This document shows positions 29,513 through 39,000 of a stretch of 64,000 nt of DNA, in pieces. Made by a program: the position numbers and the translations under genes. Numbering within the stretch: position 1 is the first letter of the stretch; the number at the start of each line of letters is the position of its first letter. The stretch is from an uncultured Haloferula sp. (GTDB lineage Bacteria > Verrucomicrobiota > Verrucomicrobiia > Verrucomicrobiales > Akkermansiaceae). The stretch spans positions 1-64,000 of the forward strand of contig CBFGTS010000004.1 of NCBI GenBank assembly GCA_965652295.1, read 5' to 3'. Below the pieces are notes generated by a model. The model had not been told where the DNA came from. It saw only the letters and a list, made by a program, of their open reading frames with translations, and searched no databases.

Positions 29513-31302
29513 TGAGGCTCGGGAAGTCAGCGCCGTGGTTGCGGTCGGTGGCGGCGGTCGCCAGCGGCGCGGGCACGGCGCTGTTGTTTCCGCCCTACAA
29601 CATGGGCGGGCTGGTGTGGGTGGTGATGCTGCCTCTGCTGGGCGCGCTGTGGTCGATGGAGGGAAGACGCGGTTGGAAAGGTTTCGGTCTCGGCTGGCTT
29701 GCGGGTTTCATCGGATTTCTGATCAGTCTGCACTGGATCACGGTCGTGAGCCCGGTCGGCTGGGTGGTGCTGAGCGTTTACCTCGCGGTCTTTCCCGGAC
29801 TATGGGGGGCTTTTGCGGCGAAGTGGGCGAACCCGTGGGCCAAGCGTGCGGTTGGCAATGAGGGCCGGGTGACGGTGAAGGTGCGGGAGAAGCAGGACGC
29901 GAAGCCGAGCCATTGGCGGCAGTCGCTCGCCTCGCTTCGTACGGCATTTGCCGTAGCGGCCGTGTGGTGCGGTGTGGAGTGGCTGCGTGGATGGCTTTTC
30001 ACCGGCTTCGGCTGGAACACGCTCGGCGTTGCTTTTCACGAAACGCCGGTGATGGCACAGTCGGCCGACTTGCTGGGAATCTGCGGTCTGTCCTTTATTC
30101 CAATCTTTCTGCAGGCCGTGATGGTGCAGACCGGGCGGAGGCTGATCGGGGAATCGAAGGCGGGAAAGATGCGGCCGCACGTCGATTTCGGCGTGGCGGC
30201 GATGCTGGTGGCGCTGGCGTTTTGCTATGGCGTGTGGCGGCTGAGCAGCGAAGGGAAAGGCGAGTCGGTGACCTTGCAGGCGTTGCTGGTGCAGTTGAAC
30301 ATTCCGCAGGAAGCGGCGCGGCGTTTGTGGTCGCCGGAGGAGATCCATTTCGGTTACGAGGAGGAGACGCTGAAGGGGCTTGAAGCGGTCGAGGCGGCGA
30401 ACGAGCGGCGTTTGAAGGAAGCGCCGGATGGCGAGGTGGTGGCGCTGGAACGGCCGGACTGGATCGTGTGGCCGGAGAGCTCGTTGGTTGGGCGCATCAT
30501 TCGGGACGACGAAGGAAACTGGGCGACCTGGGATCAGAATTTACAGACCTTCTCCGTGGTGAACGGATCGGACGAGTTCACGATGGTGCTCGGCTTGCTG
30601 GAAGAGGAGGGCGAACGCCTGGGCGAGCAGCTCGTGCTGAAGGAGGACGGGCAAGTGTGGAACGATTTGGTGATTCTGGAACCGGGCGCGAAGTTGAAGG
30701 CTTTCCGGAAGCATCATCTGGTGATCTTCGGCGAATATATTCCGCTGGTGGAGCAGTTGCCGTTTCTCAGGAAAATCTATGAGCAGCAGTCGGGTGCGAG
30801 GTATGTGGGCGCGTTGGCGAGGGGGGACGTGCTGGAGCCCGTGCCGACGGAGATCGACGGCGAAGAGGTCGGGGTGATTCCGACGGTGTGTTTCGAGGAC
30901 ACGGTGCCGCGCTTGTTGAAGAAGTTCGTGCGCGGCGGGCCTCAGGTGATCGTGAATGTGACGAACGACGGATGGTTCAAGGACAGCCCGGCGGCGGCGC
31001 AGCATTTCGCGAACTCGAAGTTCCGTGCGATCGAGCTGCGGCGGCCGATGCTCCGCTGCGGGAACACCGGGGTGAGTGCGGCGGTGGATACGCGGGGGAG
31101 CACGGCGCATCCGGAGACGGGAGAACGCCAGGAGCTGCGGGATGAGGACGGCAATCACCTGACGTGCGGATCGCTGCTGGTGGAGGTGGAGATCCCGAAG
31201 AAACCGTCGCTTTCGTTGTATGCGGTGATCGGTGATTGGGGGGTCATCGGGCTGGCGTTGCTGGGGGTGCTGTCCGGTTGGCGTCGCCTGCCAGGGGCGT
31301 GA
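29512..31302 (+). CDS. lnt: Apolipoprotein N-acyltransferase
   Basis: Multi-TM N-terminus, EWLRG..FTGFGW, VWPES, KHHLVIFGEYIP, VCFED, NVTNDGWF, FRAIE, NTGVS; TGATG coupling to the mutase. Confidence 0.95.
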   Translation: MRLGKSAPWLRSVAAVASGAGTALLFPPYNMGGLVWVVMLPLLGALWSMEGRRGWKGFGLGWLAGFIGFLISLHWITVVSPVGWVVLSVYLAVFPGLWGAFAAKWANPWAKRAVGNEGRVTVKVREKQDAKPSHWRQSLASLRTAFAVAAVWCGVEWLRGWLFTGFGWNTLGVAFHETPVMAQSADLLGICGLSFIPIFLQAVMVQTGRRLIGESKAGKMRPHVDFGVAAMLVALAFCYGVWRLSSEGKGESVTLQALLVQLNIPQEAARRLWSPEEIHFGYEEETLKGLEAVEAANERRLKEAPDGEVVALERPDWIVWPESSLVGRIIRDDEGNWATWDQNLQTFSVVNGSDEFTMVLGLLEEEGERLGEQLVLKEDGQVWNDLVILEPGAKLKAFRKHHLVIFGEYIPLVEQLPFLRKIYEQQSGARYVGALARGDVLEPVPTEIDGEEVGVIPTVCFEDTVPRLLKKFVRGGPQVIVNVTNDGWFKDSPAAAQHFANSKFRAIELRRPMLRCGNTGVSAAVDTRGSTAHPETGERQELRDEDGNHLTCGSLLVEVEIPKKPSLSLYAVIGDWGVIGLALLGVLSGWRRLPGA

Positions 31303-31455
31303 CAGGGCCGGTCACGAATAGGGAAGTCCGAGGTGATGGGTCGTGCAGACCTGTGCTTGAGGTCGGTGCCGGCTTCCCCTTACATGATCGGGACCACCGA
31401 CTTATCGGGGTGCGCGATCATGCCAGTGACAGGGGAACTATGCGAAAGGGGTGAG

Positions 31456-31935
31456 ATGAAGCTCGATCGGGTGGCACGGGTGTTCCTCTGGGCGGGATTT
31501 GGCATGATGCTAACCTTTCACGCGCTGCCGATCATCGAGACGAACTTGCGGTCCGGGGAGTCGGACTTCGACTGGGGTTATGAAATCTGGTGGGAGCTCT
31601 ATCAGGTGGCGATGAATCCCGGCTCGCTGGATGCAGCCGATTGGGTTTCGGTCAGCGGCTTCCTGCTGGCACTTGCGTGTGCGGCGGCGGCACCGTTCAC
31701 CGTCAGGATGTTGAAGGGTTCGCGGTTGATGTGGTGGGCATTCGTGCTCGGTGTCGCGATCTCCGCGATCGGCTTCACGGTCGTGGTTGGAGACTCCCTG
31801 GTCACGAACTACGGCAGCGACGACGACTCGCGGGTTCGCGTCGGAGCGATCGCCTTCCTCTCCTTTCCCTATCTGACGCTGGTGGGACTGCTGTGTTTGC
31901 GGGGGAAAAATCAGCCTGCCTGGGTGAGCCGGTAG
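31456..31935 (+). CDS. Hypothetical 4-TM membrane protein
   Basis: Four hydrophobic segments; purine-rich leader before ATG 31456; 3' end overlaps crcB. Confidence 0.6.
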   Translation: MKLDRVARVFLWAGFGMMLTFHALPIIETNLRSGESDFDWGYEIWWELYQVAMNPGSLDAADWVSVSGFLLALACAAAAPFTVRMLKGSRLMWWAFVLGVAISAIGFTVVVGDSLVTNYGSDDDSRVRVGAIAFLSFPYLTLVGLLCLRGKNQPAWVSR

Positions 31936-32294
31936 CCGAGAAACACGAACACCACGCCGGCGATGGTGGAGACGAGGATGTTGACAAGGGCGAGCCCGTG
32001 GAAGCCCTCGGTGAAGAGGCGATGGGTGTCGTTCCCGAAGGTGGAAAACGTGGTGAACCCGCCGAGAAAACCGGTGACGAGAAAGGGAAAGACCCACGCC
32101 GGCGGATCTTTCGGGGCGAGGGTTCCGAACACGCAGCCGATGGCAAGGCAGCCGAGGAGGTTGCAGGTGAGGATGCCGAGGGGAAACCGGTGAAGCGGCG
32201 TTTTTTCCGCGAGGGACTGGATGCCGCTGCTGAGAAGCCAGCGGCTCAACGCCCCCAAGCCACCGCCAAGGAAAATGCAGGCTGCGGCTTGCAT
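31911..32294 (-). CDS. crcB: Fluoride efflux channel Fluc/CrcB
   Basis: GGGLGALSRW, FPLGIL.CNLLG, TGFLGGFTTFSTF. Confidence 0.93.
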   Translation of the reverse strand: MQAAACIFLGGGLGALSRWLLSSGIQSLAEKTPLHRFPLGILTCNLLGCLAIGCVFGTLAPKDPPAWVFPFLVTGFLGGFTTFSTFGNDTHRLFTEGFHGLALVNILVSTIAGVVFVFLGYRLTQAG

Positions 32295-32296
32295 GG

Positions 32297-33079
32297 CTAG
32301 GAGTGAAGAAAGGCGTCGATCGGACTGGTGGCACTGGCGGTTTCCAGCATGTCGGGTAGGCCGATTTCGAAGGCTTCACGGCCGGCCTCGACGGCGAGCT
32401 TGAAGGCGCGGGCCATGCGGGCGGCATCGGGGGCGATGGCGATGGCGGTGTTGACCAGCACGGCGTCGGCTCCGAGTTCCATGGCCTCGGCTGCGTGGCT
32501 GGGGGCACCGATGCCGGCATCGACGACGACGGGCACGGTGGCTTGGTCGATGATGATGCGGATCTGGTCGCGGGTGGCGATGCCCTTGTTTGATCCGATC
32601 GGCGCGCCGAGTGGCATGACCGTGGCGGTGCCGGCCTCCTGCAGACGCTTGGCGAGGACCGGATCGGCATTGATGTAGGGCAGCACGGTGAAGCCTTCTT
32701 TCACGAGGATCTCGGCCGCCTTGAGCGTTTCGATGGGATCGGGAAGCAGGTAGGTCGGGTCCGGGTGGATCTCGAGCTTCACCCACTTGGGCAGGCCTGC
32801 GGCGGCGGCGAGGCGGGCGAGCCGGACGGCTTCCTCGGCATTCATCGCACCGCTGGTGTTGGGGAGGATGAGGTATTTCTCCGGATCGATGAAATCGAGG
32901 ATGTTGGCGAAAGGATCATGGCCCCCGGAGAGGTCGGCGCGGCGCAAGGCGACGGTGACGATCTGGGTGCCGGAGGCGTCGAGGGCGTCACGCATCGACT
33001 CGTTCGACGGGAACTTCCCCGTGCCGAGGAAGAGGCGGGAATCGAAGCTGCGGTCGGCGATGCGAAGCGGCTGAGGCAT
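32297..33079 (-). CDS. thiG: Thiazole synthase
   Basis: [49 protein letters not shown]. Confidence 0.96.
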   Translation of the reverse strand: MPQPLRIADRSFDSRLFLGTGKFPSNESMRDALDASGTQIVTVALRRADLSGGHDPFANILDFIDPEKYLILPNTSGAMNAEEAVRLARLAAAAGLPKWVKLEIHPDPTYLLPDPIETLKAAEILVKEGFTVLPYINADPVLAKRLQEAGTATVMPLGAPIGSNKGIATRDQIRIIIDQATVPVVVDAGIGAPSHAAEAMELGADAVLVNTAIAIAPDAARMARAFKLAVEAGREAFEIGLPDMLETASATSPIDAFLHS

Positions 33080-33149
33080 GGCGGAAACTTGGGAAATGGA
33101 AGCCGGATCGTCCATGGCGGATCCCTTGTAATGTGGGAAAAGAGGAGGC

Positions 33150-33191
33150 GGTTTCAAAGTGGTTGCAATATGGTATCATCAGGGCTACAGA
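33150..33191 (+). promoter_or_regulatory. Promoter/operator of the RHH-PIN operon
   Basis: Direct repeats GGTTTCA (33150), GGTTGCA (33161), GGTATCA (33172) at 11-bp period. TTGCAA-17 nt-TACAGA, 6 nt before GTG 33198. Confidence 0.55.
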
Positions 33192-33197
33192 GAAGAC

Positions 33198-33482
33198 GTG
33201 AGTGCGATTACCTTGAAGGGCATTCCGGATGAGTTGGCCGCGGCGTTGAAAGCGAAGGCTGCGGAATCCCGCCGTAGTCTCAACAGCGAGATCCTGCATC
33301 GGTTGGAGAAGAGTCTGGACCTTGAGATGGGCTCGACCTCGCTCAAGGAAGAGGCCGCGATTCAAGCTGACGCGTGGTCCAGGTTGGCCGGCGCATGGAT
33401 TTCTGGTGCCTCCGTCGAGGAAGAGATTGACGCCTTGTACTCCGCGCGTTCGGAAGGTCGGGATTGGGATCTCAACTGGTGA
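33198..33482 (+). CDS. Arc/FitA-like ribbon-helix-helix antitoxin
   Basis: ITLKGIPDELAAALKAKAAESRRSLNSEILHRLE. Confidence 0.85.
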   Translation: MSAITLKGIPDELAAALKAKAAESRRSLNSEILHRLEKSLDLEMGSTSLKEEAAIQADAWSRLAGAWISGASVEEEIDALYSARSEGRDWDLNW

Positions 33483-33488
33483 TTTTCG

Positions 33489-33890
33489 ATGAACGGCTTC
33501 CTTTTGGACACGGACACCTGCATCGAAATCCTCCGGGGCAACGATCAGGTGATTCGGCGTCGGCGCGGCGTGTATCTTGAGGTCGTGACGAGCGAAATCA
33601 CCGCCAGCGAACTCTACTTTGGCGCGGCGACTTCGAAGGATCCGCTGAAGAACAAGCGGGTGGTGGATACTTTTCTTGAGACGATCCGAGTGGTGCCGAT
33701 CGGTTGGAACGGCGCGCGCTTTTTTGGGGTCTTCAAGGCGCAGTTGAAAGGCGTGGGGAAGCTGATCCCCGACGCCGACCTGTGGGTCGGCAGTATTTCC
33801 CGGGCGTTGAGTCTGACGGTGGTCACGGGGAACACGCGGCATTTGGGAAGGATCCCGGGGGTGGTGACGGAGGACTGGATTCGAGGATAA
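33489..33890 (+). CDS. vapC: VapC/PIN domain toxin
   Basis: FLLDTDTCI, ITASELYFGA, IPDADLWVG, VVTGNTRH...EDW. Confidence 0.9.
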   Translation: MNGFLLDTDTCIEILRGNDQVIRRRRGVYLEVVTSEITASELYFGAATSKDPLKNKRVVDTFLETIRVVPIGWNGARFFGVFKAQLKGVGKLIPDADLWVGSISRALSLTVVTGNTRHLGRIPGVVTEDWIRG

Positions 33891-33923
33891 AAGAAAGCCC
33901 GGCTTCCACGGGGAAGCCAGGCT
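33889..33923 (-). terminator. Rho-independent terminator of mdh
   Basis: Minus strand AGCCTGGCTTCC-ccgt-GGAAGCCGGGCT-TTCTTTT. Confidence 0.75.
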
Positions 33924-33935
33924 GTGGGGTGAGTT

Positions 33936-33963
33936 GGCATGGCGGATGAAATCCGCCGCCACG
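33936..33963. repeat. REP-like element, same family as 22159-22186
   Basis: Reverse complement matches 22159-22186 at 27 of 28 nt; both lie a few nt after a stop codon. Confidence 0.8.
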
Positions 33964-33965
33964 CA

Positions 33966-34955
33966 TCAGGCAGGAATGAGATCCTTCACTGCGTCGCGCT
34001 CTTCTTTGAGCTCGGCGATGGTGGCATCGATCTTCGATTGGCTGAAGGCGTCGATTTCGAGTCCCTCGACGACTTCCCAAGTGCCGTCGGCTTTGGTGCG
34101 GATGGGCATGGAGGCGATGATGCCGGGCTCGATGCCATACTCGCCCTTCGAGCAGATGGCAACGCTGTGCCAGTCGCCTTCCGGAGTCGGTCTGCTGAGC
34201 GCCATGACGGTGTCGAGCGCGGCGTTGGCGGCGGAGGCGGCGGAGGATGCGCCGCGGGCCTTGATGATGGCGGCACCGCGCTGCTGTACGGTGGCGATGA
34301 ACTCGCCTTCAAGCCATTCGCGGTCGGTGATGACCTCGGTGACCGGTTTGCCGTCGATCTTGGCGTGGACGAAATCGGGGTACTGGGTGGCGGAGTGATT
34401 GCCCCAGATGCAGAGATTGGTGACCTGCGAGGAGTGGACGCCGGCCTTGGCGGCGAGCTGCGACTTGGCGCGGTTCTCATCGAGGCGGGTCATTGCGAAG
34501 AACTGCTCTTTCGGCAGCCCGGTGGCATTCGACATGGCGATGAGGCAGTTGGTGTTGCAGGGGTTGCCGACGACGAGGGTCTTGCAGCCGGGCTTGGCGT
34601 TGGCGGCGATCGCCTGGCCCTGGCCGGTGAAGATCTTGCCATTGATTCCGAGCAGATCGTTTCGCTCCATGCCGGCTTTTCGCGGCACCGATCCGACGAG
34701 CAGGGCCCAGTCGGCATTTTTGAAGCCCTCGGCGAGGTCGGAGGTGGCAACGATGTTTTTGAGCAGCGGGAACGCGCAATCGTCGAGCTCCATCACCACG
34801 CCCTGGAGGGCGGGGAGGGCGGGCTCGATCTCGATGAGGTTGAGATTGACCGGCTGGTCCGCCCCGAAGACGGAGCCGGAAGCAATGCGGAAAAGGAGGG
34901 CGTAGCCGATGTTGCCGGCCGCGCCGGTGATGGAGACGGTGATGGGTTCCTTCAT
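33966..34955 (-). CDS. mdh: Malate dehydrogenase (type 2)
   Basis: [58 protein letters not shown]. Confidence 0.97.
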   Translation of the reverse strand: MKEPITVSITGAAGNIGYALLFRIASGSVFGADQPVNLNLIEIEPALPALQGVVMELDDCAFPLLKNIVATSDLAEGFKNADWALLVGSVPRKAGMERNDLLGINGKIFTGQGQAIAANAKPGCKTLVVGNPCNTNCLIAMSNATGLPKEQFFAMTRLDENRAKSQLAAKAGVHSSQVTNLCIWGNHSATQYPDFVHAKIDGKPVTEVITDREWLEGEFIATVQQRGAAIIKARGASSAASAANAALDTVMALSRPTPEGDWHSVAICSKGEYGIEPGIIASMPIRTKADGTWEVVEGLEIDAFSQSKIDATIAELKEERDAVKDLIPA

Positions 34956-35145
34956 GGAGTCAGGTGCGGTTGGATCGCAGGGACTTGGTAATGTCTTGGA
35001 GCGGTTGCGGTCAATGGCTGACGGTGACCGGCGGAGACGGTGCGCGAAGGATCGGCGGATGTGCACATGCAGCGCCGGGGGAGATGCAAAATCCCTGCCA
35101 GGGCGGTCGAAAAGTTGTTTTTGAAATCGTTCGTATTTGTTAACA

Positions 35146-35502
35146 GTGCTTCGCGCTTTGCCTGCCAGACCTCCAGTTCCCCGAGCCAAGATCAGCCGCC
35201 TGCGCGCGCAGACGCGGGTGCTGCGCGGCATGAACAGCGTGATCCTGTGCGTGTTGGGAGCCAGCCTGGGCGCGCTGACGGTGGCGTCCGCACTCCCGCA
35301 GCTGCGGAAGTTTCACGACAAGCAGACGGAGCTTGAGCAGGTGCTCGAGGCCGAGCGGAAGGTGATCGCGGAAAAGGACGACGCCCGGGCGAAGCTCGAC
35401 GCGATGCGGGATGATCCTGAGTTTTTGGAAATCCACGCGATCGACCGCCTGAATCTGCACCGCCCCGGGACCACGGTTTACCGCATCGAACGCGAACGCT
35501 GA
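35146..35502 (+). CDS. Septum formation initiator (FtsB/DivIC-like) protein
   Basis: One TM helix, coiled coil, then [22 protein letters not shown]; start uncertain. Confidence 0.7.
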   Translation: MLRALPARPPVPRAKISRLRAQTRVLRGMNSVILCVLGASLGALTVASALPQLRKFHDKQTELEQVLEAERKVIAEKDDARAKLDAMRDDPEFLEIHAIDRLNLHRPGTTVYRIERER

Positions 35503-36035
35503 TGGAAAAGGACGTGGAGAGGGTCCTGATCGCCGAGGAGGTGATCGACAAGCGGCTGGACGTGCTGGCGCGGAAGATCGAAGAGGATTTTCCCGGTGAA
35601 GTGATCCAGGTGGTGGTGCTTTTGAAAGGAGCGTTGGTTTTCGCCGCCGACCTCACCCGGCGGCTTCCGCGGATGCTGGAAATCGAATGCATCAACGTCG
35701 CGAGCTACCACGGCGGCACGGCGACCAGCGGCCAGGTGGATTTTCTCGATCACAAACTGCCCGAGGTGAAGGGCCGGCAGGTTCTGGTCCTGGATGACAT
35801 CCTGGACACCGGGCTGACGCTCCGGGCGGTGGTGGACCGGCTGACAGCCGAAGGCGCGGCGCAGGTGAAAACCGCGGTGCTGCTGGCGAAGGACAAGAAG
35901 CGCGATGCCGAAGTGGAGGCGGACTACGTCGGCTTCGTGATCGGCGATGAGTTCGTGATCGGCTACGGCCTCGACTATCAGGGGCGTTACCGGAACCTGC
36001 CCTACGTGGGCACGCTCAGTCCGGAGGCGATGTGA
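35502..36035 (+). CDS. hpt: Hypoxanthine phosphoribosyltransferase
   Basis: LLKGA..F.ADL, VLVLDDILDTGLTL PRPP motif, FVIGYGLDY...YRNLPY. Confidence 0.96.
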   Translation: MEKDVERVLIAEEVIDKRLDVLARKIEEDFPGEVIQVVVLLKGALVFAADLTRRLPRMLEIECINVASYHGGTATSGQVDFLDHKLPEVKGRQVLVLDDILDTGLTLRAVVDRLTAEGAAQVKTAVLLAKDKKRDAEVEADYVGFVIGDEFVIGYGLDYQGRYRNLPYVGTLSPEAM

Positions 36036-36040
36036 GGTCC

Positions 36041-36244
36041 CTAACGGGGGTTTGTTCGACGGAACGCTTCGGCGGTCTGGTCGAGAAGCATTTCGAGCCT
36101 GCTTGACGAGATCCGTGAAACGGAACCGTTGGCGAAAAGTGCCGTGCTCGTTCCCTCTCGGGCGGCGTCGCTCAGGGTGATCACCGTCATGCCGGCCAGG
36201 GCGGGAAGGGTGAAGAGTGAGAGGATCAGCGGGACGAGACGCAT
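36041..36244 (-). CDS. Short secreted ORF, possibly an internally deleted gene remnant
   Basis: Clear signal peptide MRLVPLILSLFTLPALA but only 67 aa; overlaps the DUF2071 stop. Confidence 0.35.
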   Translation of the reverse strand: MRLVPLILSLFTLPALAGMTVITLSDAAREGTSTALFANGSVSRISSSRLEMLLDQTAEAFRRTNPR

Positions 36245-36984
36245 GGGAGGAGGGGTTCGAGCGGGAAGATTGAGACATCGATGTGATCGACGAAAAGCGC
36301 GGATTCCGGCGGGATGGAGGAAACCGGGAGGGCGTTCCACTCCGCAGGGAGGGACGACCATTCCTCGCAGCAGGCCTCTTGAAGCGGATACGCTGGATGA
36401 TGAACGCGGCCTGAATGGAGGCGGCCGTCGGGTGCCGAGGAAAAAAGCAGGTAGCGCTCGGCAAGGAAGAACTCGAGCGAACCGGGCTTGGCGAAAGCCG
36501 ATGGGCCAGCGGCGGTGTAATGGTAGCTGGCCTCCTCGGTTTCTGTCTCCCTACGGCAGCGGTAGTAGATCTCCTTTGACCTTCGAAACGAAGACATGAA
36601 GGCATGCTCGTAGGGAAGATGAAAGCGCGAGCGGGCGATCTCGACGGCGAGCGGATGATTGCAATCGAGGGAAAAGAACCAGACGCCGGGGACGCCTTGG
36701 TCATCGTGGACGTAGGTCCGGACATTCAGCTCCAGAAACCAGGAGAGCCCAGGAAAGGAGGGAAGGCCCGGAGGGCGGATACGGTCCATGAAGAACGGCA
36801 CGATGCCGAGCCAAGCCTCTCCGTCGTGAAGATCGAGATGGAGGCCGGGAGGGAGGCGGTGGCGGAGCAAGGCGGGATCCACCCGCCAGTGGAGGAAAAG
36901 CAGCTTGGACCAGCGCTGGCGCATCACGCACCGCCGGGCGGGTCGCTCGCGCAGGTTGAGGCGCTGTTGGAGGGTGGGCGTCAC
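36226..36984 (-). CDS. YqjF / DUF2071 family protein
   Basis: MRQRWSKLLFLHW, GIVPF.M, ELNVRTYV, GVWFFSLD, FLAERY. Confidence 0.9.
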   Translation of the reverse strand: MTPTLQQRLNLRERPARRCVMRQRWSKLLFLHWRVDPALLRHRLPPGLHLDLHDGEAWLGIVPFFMDRIRPPGLPSFPGLSWFLELNVRTYVHDDQGVPGVWFFSLDCNHPLAVEIARSRFHLPYEHAFMSSFRRSKEIYYRCRRETETEEASYHYTAAGPSAFAKPGSLEFFLAERYLLFSSAPDGRLHSGRVHHPAYPLQEACCEEWSSLPAEWNALPVSSIPPESALFVDHIDVSIFPLEPLLPCVSSR

Positions 36985-37011
36985 CGGATGACGACCACCT
37001 TCGCGTTTTCG

Positions 37012-37896
37012 TCAGGGGTCCGCAAGCAGCGCTTCAAAACGCCGCCCGTATTCGACGTAGGAGTCGTAGCACTGCTGCCAATCGACAGCTGCGGGATCTG
37101 GAGCGTGGAAGACGGTGGCGACGTGGGGTTCGATGGCGATCCAGCCATCGTAGCCGCGGGCTCTCGCGTCGCCGAGGATTTCGCGCAGCTTCGCCTGACC
37201 GTCGCCGGGCATGGTGTATTCCGGTTCGACCTCGTCGGAAACGGGGTTGAGGCAGTCCTTGATGTGGATGTGGACGACGTGGTCGCGGACCTTTTCCCAG
37301 AACTCGAAGGGGTCCTGCCAGGGGACGCCGCCGTTGCCGTCGGGCTTGGAACGATCGCGCTGGAAGACGGGGTTGCCGGTGTCGAAGACCAGCTTGAGAC
37401 CGGGGACTTTCTCGACGAGACGCAGCGTGTGTTCGGCGGAAAAGCCGCCCCAGTTCATGCAGTTTTCGTGGATGGCGGTGAGGCCGGCGTCGTTGAAACG
37501 CTTCACGATTTCGCGCAGGCGGCGGAAGCGCTCCTGCTCTTGCTGGTCCTCGCCCCACGGTTCCTGAGCGTAGGACATCACGCGGATGAGCTTGGTGCCG
37601 AGCCGCTTCATCCGCGGGATGGCGCGCTCGACTTCGGCGAGCGTGATGGCGAAATCGGAGTCGATCGTTTTGCCCCAGTTGGCGATCAGCGAGCCGAACT
37701 CCGGCACCGAGATGCCGGCCTCGTCGAGCTGGTCGGCCACGCGGTCGAACTCGCTCTGCGGGAGTTCGTGGATGTTCTTGTCGCCGATCATCCGGGCGGA
37801 AATCGCGGACCAACCGAGTTCCTTGGTCGCGGCGATTTGCTTATCGAGATCGCGGGAGGCTTCGTCGGCGAAGCCGGTGAGTTTGGAGGTGGTCAT
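37012..37896 (-). CDS. Sugar phosphate isomerase/epimerase (AP_endonuc_2 TIM barrel)
   Basis: GFADE, HEN, FDTGN, HIHIKD, PGDG, IEPH. Confidence 0.88.
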   Translation of the reverse strand: MTTSKLTGFADEASRDLDKQIAATKELGWSAISARMIGDKNIHELPQSEFDRVADQLDEAGISVPEFGSLIANWGKTIDSDFAITLAEVERAIPRMKRLGTKLIRVMSYAQEPWGEDQQEQERFRRLREIVKRFNDAGLTAIHENCMNWGGFSAEHTLRLVEKVPGLKLVFDTGNPVFQRDRSKPDGNGGVPWQDPFEFWEKVRDHVVHIHIKDCLNPVSDEVEPEYTMPGDGQAKLREILGDARARGYDGWIAIEPHVATVFHAPDPAAVDWQQCYDSYVEYGRRFEALLADP

Positions 37897-37906
37897 GTCG
37901 GATGGG

Positions 37907-37954
37907 CGCGGCTGGAAGCCGCGGGAACGGCCTGCGGCAGGATGCCGCAGCCAC
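37907..37954. repeat. Tandem REP-like palindromes
   Basis: CGCGGCT-gga-AGCCGCG-GGAAC and CTGCGGCA-gga-TGCCGCAG-CCAC. Confidence 0.6.
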
Positions 37955-37956
37955 GG

Positions 37957-39000
37957 TTAGAGGAGGACTTTGGTGCCGTTGCTACGGGCACTCTCGTAGA
38001 TGGCGTGGATGAGGGCGACGGATTTGCGGGCCTCGGTGGCGGATGTTGCCGGTGGGCGGCCCTCGCGGATGGCGGCGGCGACTTCCTCGAAGTTCCGCTG
38101 ATGTTGGAGAAAGCCGATTGCCTTGGGATCATTCGCGCCCAATCCAGAGGCGCTGCCTTTCATGAGGGTGGCGCGGATCTTCTCGTCGCCGGCGGTTGGC
38201 TTGCGGAAGTCCCAGAGTTCGAACGCCTCGTCGGCGAGGAAGACGGAGCCGTCCGTGCCGCAGAGCTGCACACGGGCGGGGTGACCGTCCTTGGACCAGG
38301 TGCAGGTGGAGCCCTCGATCACGCCGCGGGCACCGTTCTCGAACTCCAGCAACGCCACGGCGATGTCCTCGACCTCGATCCGTTCGTGGGCCAGACAGGC
38401 GGCGTTGGCCTGGACGGATTTCACCGGCCCGGCGAGGTGGAGGAGGGCGTCGATGGTGTGGATCGACTGGTTCATCAGCGCCCCGCCGCCATCCAGCGCC
38501 CATGTGCCGCGCCACTCGGCGGAGTCGTAGTAAGCTTGATCGCGAAACCATTTGATGTAGGCGGAAGCGGAGGTGACGAGGCCGAAGCGGCCGTCATCGA
38601 CGGCTGACTTGAATGCGTCCATGGCCGGGTGGAAGCGGCGGTTGAGGATGGCGGCGAGCGTCTTGCCGGCGTCGTTCGCGGCGGCGATCATGCGATCGAT
38701 CCGATCAGGAGTGACTTCGAGCGGTTTCTCGCAGACGACGTGCTTTCCCGCGGCCAGGGCGGCGAGGGTGGGCTCGAGGTGGGCTCCGGAGGGCGTGGCA
38801 ATGGTCACGATGTCGAGTTCCGGGTCGGCGAGGAACGCGTTGAGATCGGAGAAACCTCTAATCTGGAACTCCGACGCAAAGGCGTCCGCTGCGGCGGGAC
38901 GTTTCGCGAAAACCGAGTGCAGGGTGCCGCCGGTCATCGCTTGGATGGCCCGCGCGTGGAATTGGCCGATCATGCCGGCCCCGATGATGCCGAAATTCAT
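37957..39000 (-). CDS. Gfo/Idh/MocA family oxidoreductase
   Basis: FGIIGAGMIG, ATPSGAH, GKHVVCEKP, WRGTWALDGGGALMNQSIHTID, EVED. Confidence 0.93.
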   Translation of the reverse strand: MNFGIIGAGMIGQFHARAIQAMTGGTLHSVFAKRPAAADAFASEFQIRGFSDLNAFLADPELDIVTIATPSGAHLEPTLAALAAGKHVVCEKPLEVTPDRIDRMIAAANDAGKTLAAILNRRFHPAMDAFKSAVDDGRFGLVTSASAYIKWFRDQAYYDSAEWRGTWALDGGGALMNQSIHTIDALLHLAGPVKSVQANAACLAHERIEVEDIAVALLEFENGARGVIEGSTCTWSKDGHPARVQLCGTDGSVFLADEAFELWDFRKPTAGDEKIRATLMKGSASGLGANDPKAIGFLQHQRNFEEVAAAIREGRPPATSATEARKSVALIHAIYESARSNGTKVLL

